Assembly: GCA_051294375.1 (NCBI GenBank)
Contig: CM119270.1
Location: 15,228,847 to 15,292,846 of the forward strand
DNA from: Paraspadella gotoi
Taxonomy: Eukaryota; Animalia; Chaetognatha
DNA: 64,000 bases
Direction of reading: 5' to 3'
This document shows, one piece after another, positions 1-11,501 of this stretch. The first letter of the stretch is position 1. Each line of letters begins with the position of its first letter. Made by a program: the position numbers and the translations under genes. The notes beneath the pieces were generated by a model that saw only the letters and a list, made by a program, of their open reading frames with translations, ran no database searches and was not told the DNA's origin.

Positions 1-1554
1 TAAACCAATTGTAAAAGCGGATTGTTTGTTTGTTTGTTTTGCACCATAGACGTCGTCCTATTGTTTTGACAACGTCCTTAACAGATTTATGAAAAATATT
101 TTGTTTTGGTGTCGATTTGAAAAATTCAAATATTCATTCTATATATCGATATATATATAGATACGCTTAAGTCGGATGCTAATTTTACAGAGTAAACCAA
201 ATTCATTACTATAATTTTTTTTTTCAAAATTAAAAAGAAATCGAGCAAATTGTAATCGGATTGACCGAGATTTTCGTATCACAATGCAATAATTATGTTT
301 TTTTAAACTCACTTATTTTAACTGAAATAACGGAGAAAAAGTGTTTTTGTCTTATCACACTCTCACATAAAACTCAAATATAAGGGAACAAAAAAGTGAT
401 GCAACAATAATTTTGCCCAAATACATTTTTAAAAACAAATTCGGGAGAAATGCTTTAAAATACTTCCTTTGAAAATGACACTGTCATTAAAATTTTTATT
501 GGTTAACAATCATCAATTGTAAATAAAAAAATAACGTGACAGTAATTTGAAGTTAAACCCCATCAAAATAGTTAAGTACTCGCGTCAAGTAATAACTACA
601 AAATTGTAATGATAACAAAGTAAAGTTGGATCACAAAAAAAGCATATAAGAAACAAAAGAATGCTTACTGTATTTTTTTTCTTAAATGCTGAAATGTAGC
701 TGGAATGACGAAACACATTAACGACAAAACCTGAGAAATTCGGGTACAGTAAAGCGGACAATAAATGCAGATAATTAAATTTTACTATTTATAAAGAAAA
801 GAAGAATATATTGAACTGTCGGAGAACTAAAAACAAATCTTAAGCTTACTTACTTCTCTCCATAATCTTAAGGATATACACTCGGAATCCAAAACAGACA
901 AACAAAAGGTTAATAACAGAAAACGTGAATCTCTTTTGCGCTTTTGCAAGGAATCTGATAATTACGATTATTAATTGGTTGGGCAAAGGTCTCTTAGTAA
1001 ATCTTCTTTACTACTGAAAATGTTTATGAAAGTTAAAAAGTGGATAAGAAAAAACAGCTGATATTCAGTCTTATTCGGAAATTAAATCAAATTGAAAAGG
1101 ATTCACGTTTAAAAAAGAAAACAAACAAAATCGGCGCGTTTTTAACTCAGATAAATTTCGTCAAATAATGTTCAAATAAAAGTGCTTTGGGCTTCATAGT
1201 AAAAGACCCATTCAACAGTGAGAGGGAGAGAGAAAGAGATTGACTAAATAAATAAAGAACAAGGACTAAGTAACTTGTTAAAGGTTCGTTTGTAAAAAGT
1301 GGACTAGTTTTTCTTGCGTTTTATGTCATTTTTTTTTGCGTGTAAAAAAAAAAAGCGACGGATCGAGAGAAACTCAATATTTTCTTCTGAATCCGCCCAC
1401 AAATAACAGTAGGAATGCGTTTTCCATGTTTTCCATGTTTTCCATGTTACGCCACGGAAAACTTTAGCGATAACTGTAAAAACATAGTAACCCGATGTGT
1501 AAGAGAGCGAGAAGGAGAATAGAGATGGAGAGAGAGAAGGAGAGAGAAAGGTAG

Positions 1555-1559
<5 letters not shown>

Positions 1560-1646
<87 letters not shown>

Positions 1647-1686
1647 TTCGCATAATATTTAGAAAAAATAATGTAAAAAGAATGAG

Positions 1687-1781
<95 letters not shown>
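1560..1781. repeat. (AG)n microsatellites; representative of dozens of (AG)n/(CT)n tracts across the window
   Basis: Similar tracts at e.g. 6410, 6498, 7294, 8002, 12427, 12587, 35430, 36223, 37697, 38297, 41314, 48460, 49587, 51105, 55797, 58813 and 61780. Confidence 0.97.
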
Positions 1782-1782
<1 letters not shown>

Positions 1783-3153
1783 GAATAACATGTAACGGTT
1801 TATTGCAAAATGACTCAAAGCATATTTACATTTTACATCGCAGCGAATAAAAGGAGAGAAAAATATGGAAAAAAAGTCGACGTCGCGATTGAAGCCAAAT
1901 TCAGGCCAAATTCAGGCCAAATTCAGGCCAAAAAATTTCTTTTTAATGGAATGGGTTTCGTCACGCCTCTTTTTTCTACCATGGGTCGAAATTACAAAAA
2001 CAAAATATTTTTTAATGATTGATTTGAGTGTTTTTTGTTTTTTTTTATTATTATGACGTTGAAAGTTCTATAAAATTTCCTAGAATTTGCTTTCTTCATT
2101 AACGTTTATTCATAAATTAAAAGGATGAGTGTCGATGATTTTGCATGCAAAGTTCTAACCCTGGTAAACTCCAAAAGGGCGTGACCGTTTCTTCGGGCTA
2201 AACGCTCCGCCTTCATTGTTCTAGGGAAAAAAACCCTTTCGCGTTTCGTGGGGCCTGGGGGGGGGGATGCGGGAGAGGGGAAGAGCTGGGGTGGGAGGGG
2301 TGCTATAGAAACGCTCAACGTGAGTAGGTGGGGGGCGGAGAAAGGACAACGCATCAACGGGGAAGAGTGGGGGTTTATTCCAAAGGCACATTCTTACGCA
2401 ACTCTTTGTCCAAAGTAAAAATGCATCGGGGGGTGTGGAAAGTTTTTTTTTTTTTTCTAAAGTCGGCAATCTTCAGAACCGCTGATTTCCTTTTCTTTTT
2501 GTTTTTAACCCCTAAAGTTTGGGGTTTAGAGAAAATTGGGAAGGGATTTTAGTTTTTCTATTCTAAATAATAATAATAATAATAATAAAAAAAGATCGTT
2601 TCTCGTCTCCTTATATTTTTTTTAATTTCTAGTTGTCGTTGTTGTTCTCGGGATTTTTGGCTAATTGTTTTCCTCGTTCTTCTTCCTCGTTTCGCTCCTC
2701 CTCGTCCTCTTTAAGTGATTCGGGAGGTGATCGTCGAAGACTCGGGGGGATGAACTCTCGTTGCCCCAGGAAAGTATCCTTCCAGAGAGAGGAGAAGAAG
2801 AGAGGGGAAGTGAGATTGAGATGAGAGAAGAGAGAGAGGAGGAGAAGAGAGAGGAGAGAGAGAGAGAGAGAGAGAGAGTATTTTTTGGTCGTAGACGTAA
2901 ATTAAAACTCGCTTTTGAATCTGATTGTCGGGGAGAGTCCCGAGTTGAGTGAAAGGTCAACCGAAAATATGCTTCCCTGCATAAAAGATCTAATTATAAC
3001 CCCGCGCGCCTCTGTCTCCATCTCTCTCTCTCTCTCTCGCTCTCTATCCTTCGTTCTCTCTCCCTCGTAATCTTCCTCCTCCGTGATTTCCCTATTTCAT
3101 TTTTCACAACTTCCTCTTTTATCTCTTTTCGTATCTGTGATCGAGACGTTTCA

Positions 3154-6100
3154 CTAGCAAGCGAGGTTCTGGTGAGCTTCTCCCAAGTGAATCTGGAAAT
3201 TGTCCATCTCCATTGTGGTGAAAGAGCACATGGCGCATCGATAGACGGTGAGGGCGAGATTGGGGAGTTCGACCGAAGAGCGGGAGTCCTCTTCGTCCAT
3301 CGGCGACGGACGAGCGTCGTCGTAGGTCGGCGATGGAACGGCTTCATCCGCGGCGTCTTCGACGGAGTCATTGGCGCCGGTTGTCGACTCGAGCGGCGTC
3401 GAAGTTTCCAAAAAGGCGCCGCTATGAGCATCCGATTCCAACATCCTCGTCGAAGCGCCCGATTCTTTCTTTGGAGCGCTCAAGTCCCTCGGACTCTCTG
3501 TAGCCGGCACTGCGGAAGTAACCGGCGTCGCTAGCGCCGCTCTGCCCGTCTCGCCTCCGCTCGCCGTCGCCAAGATGCTCTGTCCAGAGTTGTCTGTCCC
3601 TCGAGCGATCGTCGATGTCTTGGTCACCAACGCGTTTCCGGTCGGGCCTTCCTCTTTCAGCAGATCCACGTTGCTCGGGTGGCCGCCGTGGAAATTGAGC
3701 ATGTGGACGCGAAAATCGTCCCAGGAGGCGAAGGCCGGTTGCTTCTTGCAATACTGACACTCGAAGGTTCTGTCAGAATGTTGAGACTTCTGGTGTCGTT
3801 TGACGTTAGAGTACCAACGGGAGGCGTAGCTGCAGACGGAGCATTTGTACCATTCGCCCCCGGCCAACTTGATAGGCATCAACGGTGAAGAGCCAACGAG
3901 GCTCAACTGTGGAGTCGAAGAAGAAACTTGTTGGTGGCTCAAACCTTTCGTCGCCATTTTAAGACCATGGGTAGACTCGTGAACCGCGTGTGCATTTCCG
4001 CTCGAAGAATTGATGATTGACTGCGCATGCGCGGAATCTCCCCCGACGTAGCCGGGATATTGCCCGTGCTGTGAGCTGTCTGGAGTGCTGTGCTTTAGCC
4101 TATGGTGTCTTCTGACGTTGGAAGACCACCTGGAGCAATAATCGCACATGGTGCATTTGAAAACCTCTCCGCAGGCAATGTAGGACCGTTCGTCAACATT
4201 GGAAGGGACTTCTGGCGTCAATGGTCCGGAGGAAGAGGCGGGAATGCTCGGATTGGAAGAGTCGCCGACGGATTGATCGGCGTTTGGCAAGACGTTGGGC
4301 GTTGGCGTAACCGAGACGAGCGAGGATCGCGGCGACTCGGCCGACGAGAGGGGTGGAGAGGCGATGTTCGCTGCCGCGGCAGCTGCGACGGCGGAATGCG
4401 CGAGAAACAATTCGGGTCTAGTCGTGAGCAGTCCCTGCAGTCGATCCGCTTCTCGCTGAATCAGACCTTGGAATATTTGAGCCTGCAAGATTTGGGAAAA
4501 TGGAACGTTGGTGTCCGAGAGAACTCCGGAGGAAGGAATGGATTGGTTCGGGTCCAGGTAGAGAAGCGGCAGGCCCCTCTGGGCTTGAAGCAACTGGAGG
4601 TACGCATCGTCGACTGGGTCTATGTTCGAGGAGGGAGTGCTTCCCGTCTTGGAGGATGTTTCACTGAAGGAATCTCTCTTGGAATTCGTGCTTAGATCTT
4701 GCGGTTCTTCGTCGTCTTCCACGCGGGAACAACTTTCTTTTTTAAGATTCAAAGGTTCGGGAATTTCTTCGAATTTTGGGTTCAATGGATCGCAACTCAC
4801 AAAAGATTCGGCCAAACAACTTCTTTCACTATCGGCCGGCGACAAAACGTGTCTAATCTCGTCGTTTCCCTTCATGGGTTCAGTGAGGACGTAATGCTTG
4901 TCGTACTCCAACTCTCTGTGAATATTTTTCACGTGACGAATCACGTTGCTCTGCCATTCGCTCTTGTAGCCGCAGATGGAACACACGTAGTCCTTGGGAC
5001 CTGGTCCGTGATACTGGCTCTTATGGTTCCTCAAGGTGAGCACATTGTTGAAGACCTTGTCGCAGTAGTTGCACTTCAAAGAATGAATCGACCCAGACTC
5101 TCGTCTTTCCCCGCTGCCTGCACCGCCGTCCTCGCCGCAACGCGTCGTCGAATCGGCGGAACCGTCTTCATCTCTCATCTCCACATCCTCTAAGTCGCCC
5201 TCGACCCTCTCCAGTTCCTCGTCCCTCTTCGACATGTCCATCGGCTCTCCCGTGAGCGCCTGGGACAATCGCAGAAACTCCACAGACGGGGATTTATTCG
5301 TGGGGAATGTTAGCAAGGCGTGTAGCATGGGAGGCGGTTGCTGCTGCTGCTGCTGCTGATGGGCGACGTTGGAAACCGCTGCCAGATCCTTCTTGTGCAG
5401 CTTCATATGCCTAACGACATTGGTTCTCCACTCGCTGCGATAATCGCAGTGTTGACAATGAAAGAAGGTCCTATCTCCATCTACTTTGGCGGGAATTTCT
5501 TCCGAAGGCCGCGGACCGGGTTTGTTGCGGTGCGGCGCGGATTTCTTGGTCACCGGCGTAGAATTCGTAGTCAGCGCCGACGCGATAGGCGCCAGTGAAG
5601 TGTCTCCCTCGACTCCGTCGCTGGAATTGGCGTACATGATCGCCGGAAAGACGGCGCAGACTCCGGCGCCTCTCTCTTCCTGAGGCGTCGTCTTGACCGC
5701 CTCGGGCGCCGCTCCTTTCAGGGGGATGCCTCCTGGCGGTCCGTTGGGAAACCATTTGTAGAACAGCTTCGACCCGCCCTCTAGCGAGTGGTTTTTCTTG
5801 AGGTGGCGCCGAAAGTTGCCCGACCAGTAGGAGTTGTAGCTGCACAACTTGCAGGCGAATTTCTTGACGCCGAGGTGGATATTCTCGTGGATGCGAAGAG
5901 GATAGACGTAGGCAAAGGACTTGGCGCAATAGCGACAGGCGTACGGTTTCTCCTTGTTGTGCATCCGCTCGTGGCGCAGGACGTTGTTGCGCCACGGGGA
6001 TTGATACTTGCAAAACTTGCAATACCAGATGACGCCGGCTAGGGCGGCGTCGTCGCCGGAAGCGGAACCGACGCCGTTTCGTGAACTCTGAACCACGGCG

Positions 6101-6304
6101 TCGCCATCGACGATCGCATTCACGATGCATCCTCCTACCTCTTCCTCATCTCCTTCTTTCCCAGTCTCCTCGTCCACTTCTCGAGCCACGCCCCTCGTCT
6201 CCTCCCTCTCTCCTTCCACTTCCTCCTCCTCCGGCTCCTCCTCTTCCTCCTCCTCCCCCTCCTCCTTCGTGGTTCCGGAATGCACGTCCTTTGCCTCGCG
6301 ATGC
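3154..6304 (-). CDS. Unit A terminal exon: multi-C2H2 zinc-finger transcription factor (10 dispersed fingers, acidic tract, polyQ, PxDLS-like motifs)
   Basis: Uninterrupted ORF of >1040 codons with C-x2-C-x12-H-x3/4-H fingers (e.g. CKFCKYQSPWRNNVLRHERMH, CRYCAKSFAYVYPLRIHENIH, linker HNKEKPY). The ORF-track start at 6285 is GTG, with in-frame TAA TGA at ~6339-6334 and no ATG before it. An acceptor cctttccatttcattggcAG (AG 6306-6305) opens the frame at 6304 (phase 2). Stop TAG 3156-3154. Confidence 0.92.
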
Positions 6305-6407
6305 CTGCCAATGAAATGGAAAGGACGATGACTTCATTATTTCGCCAAAGGGCCAATGAACGGAAGTCTTTCTCGGCGACGGCCAATTAGAATGCGCTTT
6401 TTTTTTG

Positions 6408-6469
<62 letters not shown>

Positions 6470-6494
6470 TTTAAAGGTAATTTTCGTGACGTGA

Positions 6495-6583
<89 letters not shown>

Positions 6584-6760
6584 TCATCCTCCACCCGCCA
6601 TTATTTTTTTTTCTTCGTGCCAATTTTATTCTCTTCCTCCCAGTTTTTATTTTTTTCCCCAACGTTTCGGCTTTTTTTTTCTTTGTTTTCATTTCCCCCC
6701 CCTTTTTATTTTTTCTCCTTAACTTTTCCTCTCCCTTTCGAATCTTCCTCACCAACCCAC

Positions 6761-7199
6761 CTGCTCTTATGATGGGAGTCGTGCTCGGGCAGAGTCTTGC
6801 TGAGTGGGAGCATTCGGAGCATTGAAAAGTTCCGCCGCCCCCGCGGCCGACGAAGCGGCCGTCAAAACTACCTTGCTTGGGCTGGAGCAGGGATGACGGC
6901 AGGAGGGAGAAAGAGTAAAGGGTCGTATCGGCGATGGTAAGGCGGGGGATTCGGTGGGCGGGTCGGTAGGGGTAATGGGGGTGTCGGCAGGGGCGGCAGC
7001 GTCGGATGCGGGCACGAGACTGGCGGCGAGGGGCCCGGTTGTTTTCTTAATCTTCGCTGTTATCAAAGTCCCATCGGAATCGTCGTTCCCTTCGTCTTCC
7101 GTTTCCTCTCCGCCGTCGCCGCCGCCCCGCCGCCCAGCGCAGCGGCTCCAGCGGCGGCCTCGGTCGTCGCTATGGTAATTGTTGCGTGGTAACCCGAGT
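6761..7199 (-). CDS. Unit A penultimate exon (frameshifted as assembled); encodes most of an intron-split C2H2 finger
   Basis: Acceptor tttttcccattttcgttatcgcAG (7201-7200), donor cag|GTgggt (6760-6759). The phase-2 join to 6304 gives ...HHKSR|H. FQCSECSHS and SKTLPEHDSHHKSRH are in adjacent frames and form a perfect C-x2-C-x12-H-x4-H finger if one base is added near 6802. Confidence 0.65.
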
Positions 7200-7293
7200 C
7201 TGCGATAACGAAAATGGGAAAAAGGGGCGGAGTGGAGGGGGAACGGACGAGGAGGGGGGGGAGTGGTATATAGAGGATGAAATTGTCGACTAC

Positions 7294-7390
<97 letters not shown>

Positions 7391-7650
7391 GTTTCGGTTT
7401 ATTGTCCTCGTCGTCGTCGTCGTCGTCGTTGTCTTCCTCGTCGTTGTCTCGAATTATGATTGAGAATCAGTCCGCGGTGGATGCTGCACCAGTTGCGCTT
7501 GCGGCAGCGGCGGCGGCAGCAGTTACTGCAGCAGCAGCGCCCCCGTAACGTGAAGCCGTGATGCGGTCCGCGCAGCGTGATCGCTCTCATCCGCGATACG
7601 AAAAATTGGAAGGAAGCAGGAGAGAGAGAGAGAGAGTGAGTGAGAGAAAG

Positions 7651-7707
<57 letters not shown>

Positions 7708-7999
7708 CTGCTCTGAAAATCATAACGTGGAGATCAGTTTGATTCACTCCGCCTTTCTCTGAAAGTGAATGCGCTTTCAAAAAAAAATTAATTTTGGGCT
7801 CCTTTGTCTAGAGGAGAAGAGAAATTTATGAAGCCATATTGAATTAGGTTTTCTTTCTCGATACATGGTTTCAACTGTAAAACATGTATATTTTATATTA
7901 CCTTTATTTAAAGAAAATAGGGAAAAAAACGGAGAAACGTCGTCTTTGTTGCTCTACGCTGAACAATCATTCTGACGTGATCTCCGGTCGTCTTCGCCG

Positions 8000-8130
<131 letters not shown>

Positions 8131-8609
8131 CATTAATGCGAAGGGAGCTTTGTCATCGAAAAACGTCGCCTTTTTGCCCTAATTTTTTTTCCCCTCGACC
8201 TTCGCCGTTTTCCTCGCAACTTTATATATTTTTTTTATTTTATTCATTATTTTATTCTTATTCTTATATTTCCATCTCCCTTTTTCTTCTTTTTCCTCCA
8301 TCTCTTCATCCGTCCTTCCAGTTTTCTTCCTCCCTTTCCTCCGTTTTCGCGTCACTCCTTCCTTTTTCCCGGATTCCCTGGCGACGTGTCTCGCCCCCGC
8401 TTTCCTCCTTTTTTCTTTCCTTTCCTCCCCTTTTCCTCTCCTTTCCTCCTCTTTCTCTCTCNNNNNNNNNNTCTCTCTCTCTCTTTAGCCTCGAGAGCGC
8501 AGAAATGCCACGATGTTATTATTACCCGACTGAAGCGTCGAGGTCGGCATCTCTTTTTCTTTTTCTTTTCCTCGTTCCACTTGTTCCTCGACGCTTTTCC
8601 TTTCCTCCG

Positions 8610-10610
8610 CCAGTCATTCCTCCCTCCGCAAAAACCCTTAATCCCCTTTCCCGACAACCTCCAACTTCCCTTCATCTCCAACCTCCCCAACTCCCTTACA
8701 TCCCCTTCTCCCAGACAACCCAATCATCTTTGCCACTGTCAGTCTCTTCATTTTAAACTCGTGCCATAACTACTCACAAAGCCCCCTAACCATCTCCTTT
8801 CCCGACAACCTCGACTACTACCCATTTCAACAACACTTCCTAATCCCACGAGACAACCGAGTTACTACCGACAATCTCCCCTTCCCATTTGATGTTACCG
8901 CTTATCTCACCTGACACACACACCGCGACTCCCGACTCCCCTTGACATACGGCTCTCCACTGATCCACCGACAATACTATCCAACCTCCGCTATTCCCAA
9001 TCCATCGATCCCCGACACACAGCGCTGACGACCTACGTAAAGCTCGCTTCAATCCCCTTTCACTAGAGTGGAAGCCAAACCTTCCAACTCCCCCTGAGCA
9101 GACGTCCACTTTCCCGACATACACCTCCATACTCGCCATCTCATCTCCTTCCCGACAACCTCCACTCCCCTTCATCCCCTTTCCCGACAACGCCTGCCAA
9201 CTGCCCCTTCATCCCTTTCCCGACAACTCCCACTCCCCTTCATCCCTTTCCCGACAACCTCCAACTCCCCTTCATCTCCTTAACCCATACCCCTTACGAG
9301 CTACTCAATAACTTCCCATCCCACTTGCACAACTCTCCACCTTCCATCTCCATTCCTACAACCTCCAACTCCCGTTCATCACCCTTTTCCCGACAACCTC
9401 CAACAACTGCCCCTTCATTCCCTTCTCTGAGACAACAATTCATCTCCGCATCACCATTTCCTTCCTTTCATCCCCTTTCCCGACAACCTCCATCTCCCCT
9501 TCACCTATCATCTCTTCTTCTCCGCCAACCTCCGACAACCTTTCCTGTCTCCCACAGTCCTTTCCCTACAGAACCTCGCAACTCCCAATCATCCCCTTCT
9601 CCCGACAACCTCCAACTCCCCTTCATCCCCTTTCCGACAACCTCCAACTCCCTTCATCCCCTTTCCCGACAACCTCCAACTTCTTTCATCTCCATTCCGA
9701 CAACCTCCAACTCCCCTTCAATCTCCATTCCGACAACCTCCAACTCCCCTTAATCCCTTTCCCGACAACTCCTCCCCATCCCTTTCGACATACCTCCATC
9801 CCTTCATCCCTTCCCGACAACCTCCAACTCCCCTTCATCCCTTTCCCGACAACCTCCAACTCCCCTTCATCCCTTTCCAACAACCTCCAATTCCTCCATC
9901 CTCCATTCCCGACAACACTCCAACTCCCCTTAACCCCTCTCCCGACAACCTCCTACTCCTTCATCCCCTTTCCCGACAACCTCCAACTCCCCTTAATCCC
10001 CTTTCCCGACCCCTCCTACTCCCACTTCATCTCCTTTCTCGACAACCTCCAACTCCCCTTATCCCCTTTCCCGAACACCTCGCAACTCCCTTCATCCCTT
10101 TCCCGAACAACATACTCCAANNNNNNNNNNNNNNNNNNNNNNNNNCCATCCCTACAACCTCCAACTCCCCTTCATCCCCTTTCCCGACAACCTCCAAACT
10201 CCCCTTCATCCCCTTTCCTGACAACCTCCACCCCCTTCATCCCCTTTCCCGACAACTCCACTCCCCTTCATCCCTTCATCTCTTTCCCGACAACTCCAAC
10301 TTTCTTCATCCCTTCCTACAACCTCCAACTCCCCTTCATCCCTCCCAACAACCTCCAACTTTCCCTTCATCCCATTCCCGACAACCTCCAACTCCCCTTC
10401 ACTCCATTCCGACAACCCTCCCCATCTCCCCTTCATCCCTTCATCTCTTTTCCCGACAACCTCCAACTTTCCTTCATCTCCATTCCCTACAACCTCCAAC
10501 TCCCCTTCATCCCCTTTCCCGACAACCTCCAACTCCCCTTCATCCCCTTTCCCGACAACCTCCTACTCCCCTTCATCTCCTTTCCCGACAACCTCCAAAT
10601 CCCCTCCATC
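8610..10610. repeat. C-rich minisatellite, ~33-bp unit TTCCCGACAACCTCCAACTCCCCTTCATCCCCT
   Basis: Dozens of tandem copies, cleanest at 9590-10600 and degenerate at 8610-9590, with an internal N gap at 10121-10146. Confidence 0.92.
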
Positions 10611-11232
10611 CATTCTTGACCGACAAGAAGGAAATATTGAACAATTTTCGGATGCATCAGTCATTTCAATCCCAAGTCTTGTGCCCTTTTCTCTACGATC
10701 GTATCCCTGCCCCTCGATATTAATCCCGCCGGTTCTCGTTCGCTTGTCCCAACCCTATTTTGACCCAACCGCCACCCCCACCACACCCCCCTCCCTCCTC
10801 CTCCCCTCATAACTCTGATCCAAATCTCTTAACGACGAAATCGGCGGAGGAAAGTCGAAGTCTCGAGAAGAAAATTTGGAAAAGGCTGAGGACCGAAGCG
10901 TCGATGGGATTGGAGCGGAAGTGGGAGCGAAGAAATGGCGAGGATTGAGTGCAATGGCAACGTCAGTTGGACTAGAAGATATTTATAATATTAGTTTGGC
11001 AATGTTTTATTGCGAAACAATTTTAAAAATAAATTTGCTTTCTTTGTTTTCTTCGTTTGGCCTCTTTGCAAGAACCTCCCAATGACAATGCATCCTACCC
11101 GAACCAAATTTTCAAGCCGCTCACCACAATCGGCCTTTGACTCAAACACCAATATCCACCCACCAACCCACCCACCCACCCACTCACTCGACCACCCCAC
11201 CTATCCCTACAACCGCGCCCACAAACGCCCAC

Positions 11233-11439
11233 CGCATCCACTTGAGCCAAACGACGTCGGCTGATGAAGAGCATCGCGGAATTCGGGGGCAGCATAAAAG
11301 GAAAATGGCGGCGGCCGGCGGGCGGCGGCGGCGGGCGGGCGGCGCTGCCGGCTGCCGAATCGGAGGAGGAACGACTCGGGACTCGGAACTATTCCCAGAG
11401 CAAACATTGCATCGCGAGCGATTTTTGTTGTTGTTACTG

Positions 11440-11475
<36 letters not shown>

Positions 11476-11501
11476 GCATCGCTGTTGCTTTTGTGACTCA
11501 T
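11233..11501 (-). CDS. Candidate first coding exon of unit A (MSHKSNSDADDDD..., probably frameshifted in a GC run)
   Basis: ATG at 11501, GC-rich protein-like text. Donor g|GTgggc at 11232 is phase 1 in the ...PTSFGSSGC frame, compatible with the 7199 acceptor (G|AC TCG = DS). Needs a frameshift in the (gcc)-rich run at ~11305-11345; no recognisable domain. Confidence 0.3.

Noticed and set aside
1-130. Resemblance to the (TTTG)n-containing 5' end of non-autonomous Helitron-like elements
   Set aside because: Truncated by the window edge; no 3' hairpin or CTRR end identified.
1447-1818. ORFs rich in SLSLSL or ERERER (here and dozens more, e.g. 7884-8756, 37640-38692, 58549-59133)
   Set aside because: Translations of (CT)n/(AG)n microsatellites, which lack stops.
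4102-5193. Plus-strand and off-frame ORFs overlapping the large zinc-finger exon
   Set aside because: Shadow ORFs of a GC-rich coding exon with no domain features.
9590-10600. 33-bp repeats as a CRISPR array or a GELEVVGKGDE repeat protein
   Set aside because: Units are contiguous with no unique spacers, there are no cas genes, the context is eukaryotic, and frequent indels break the frame.
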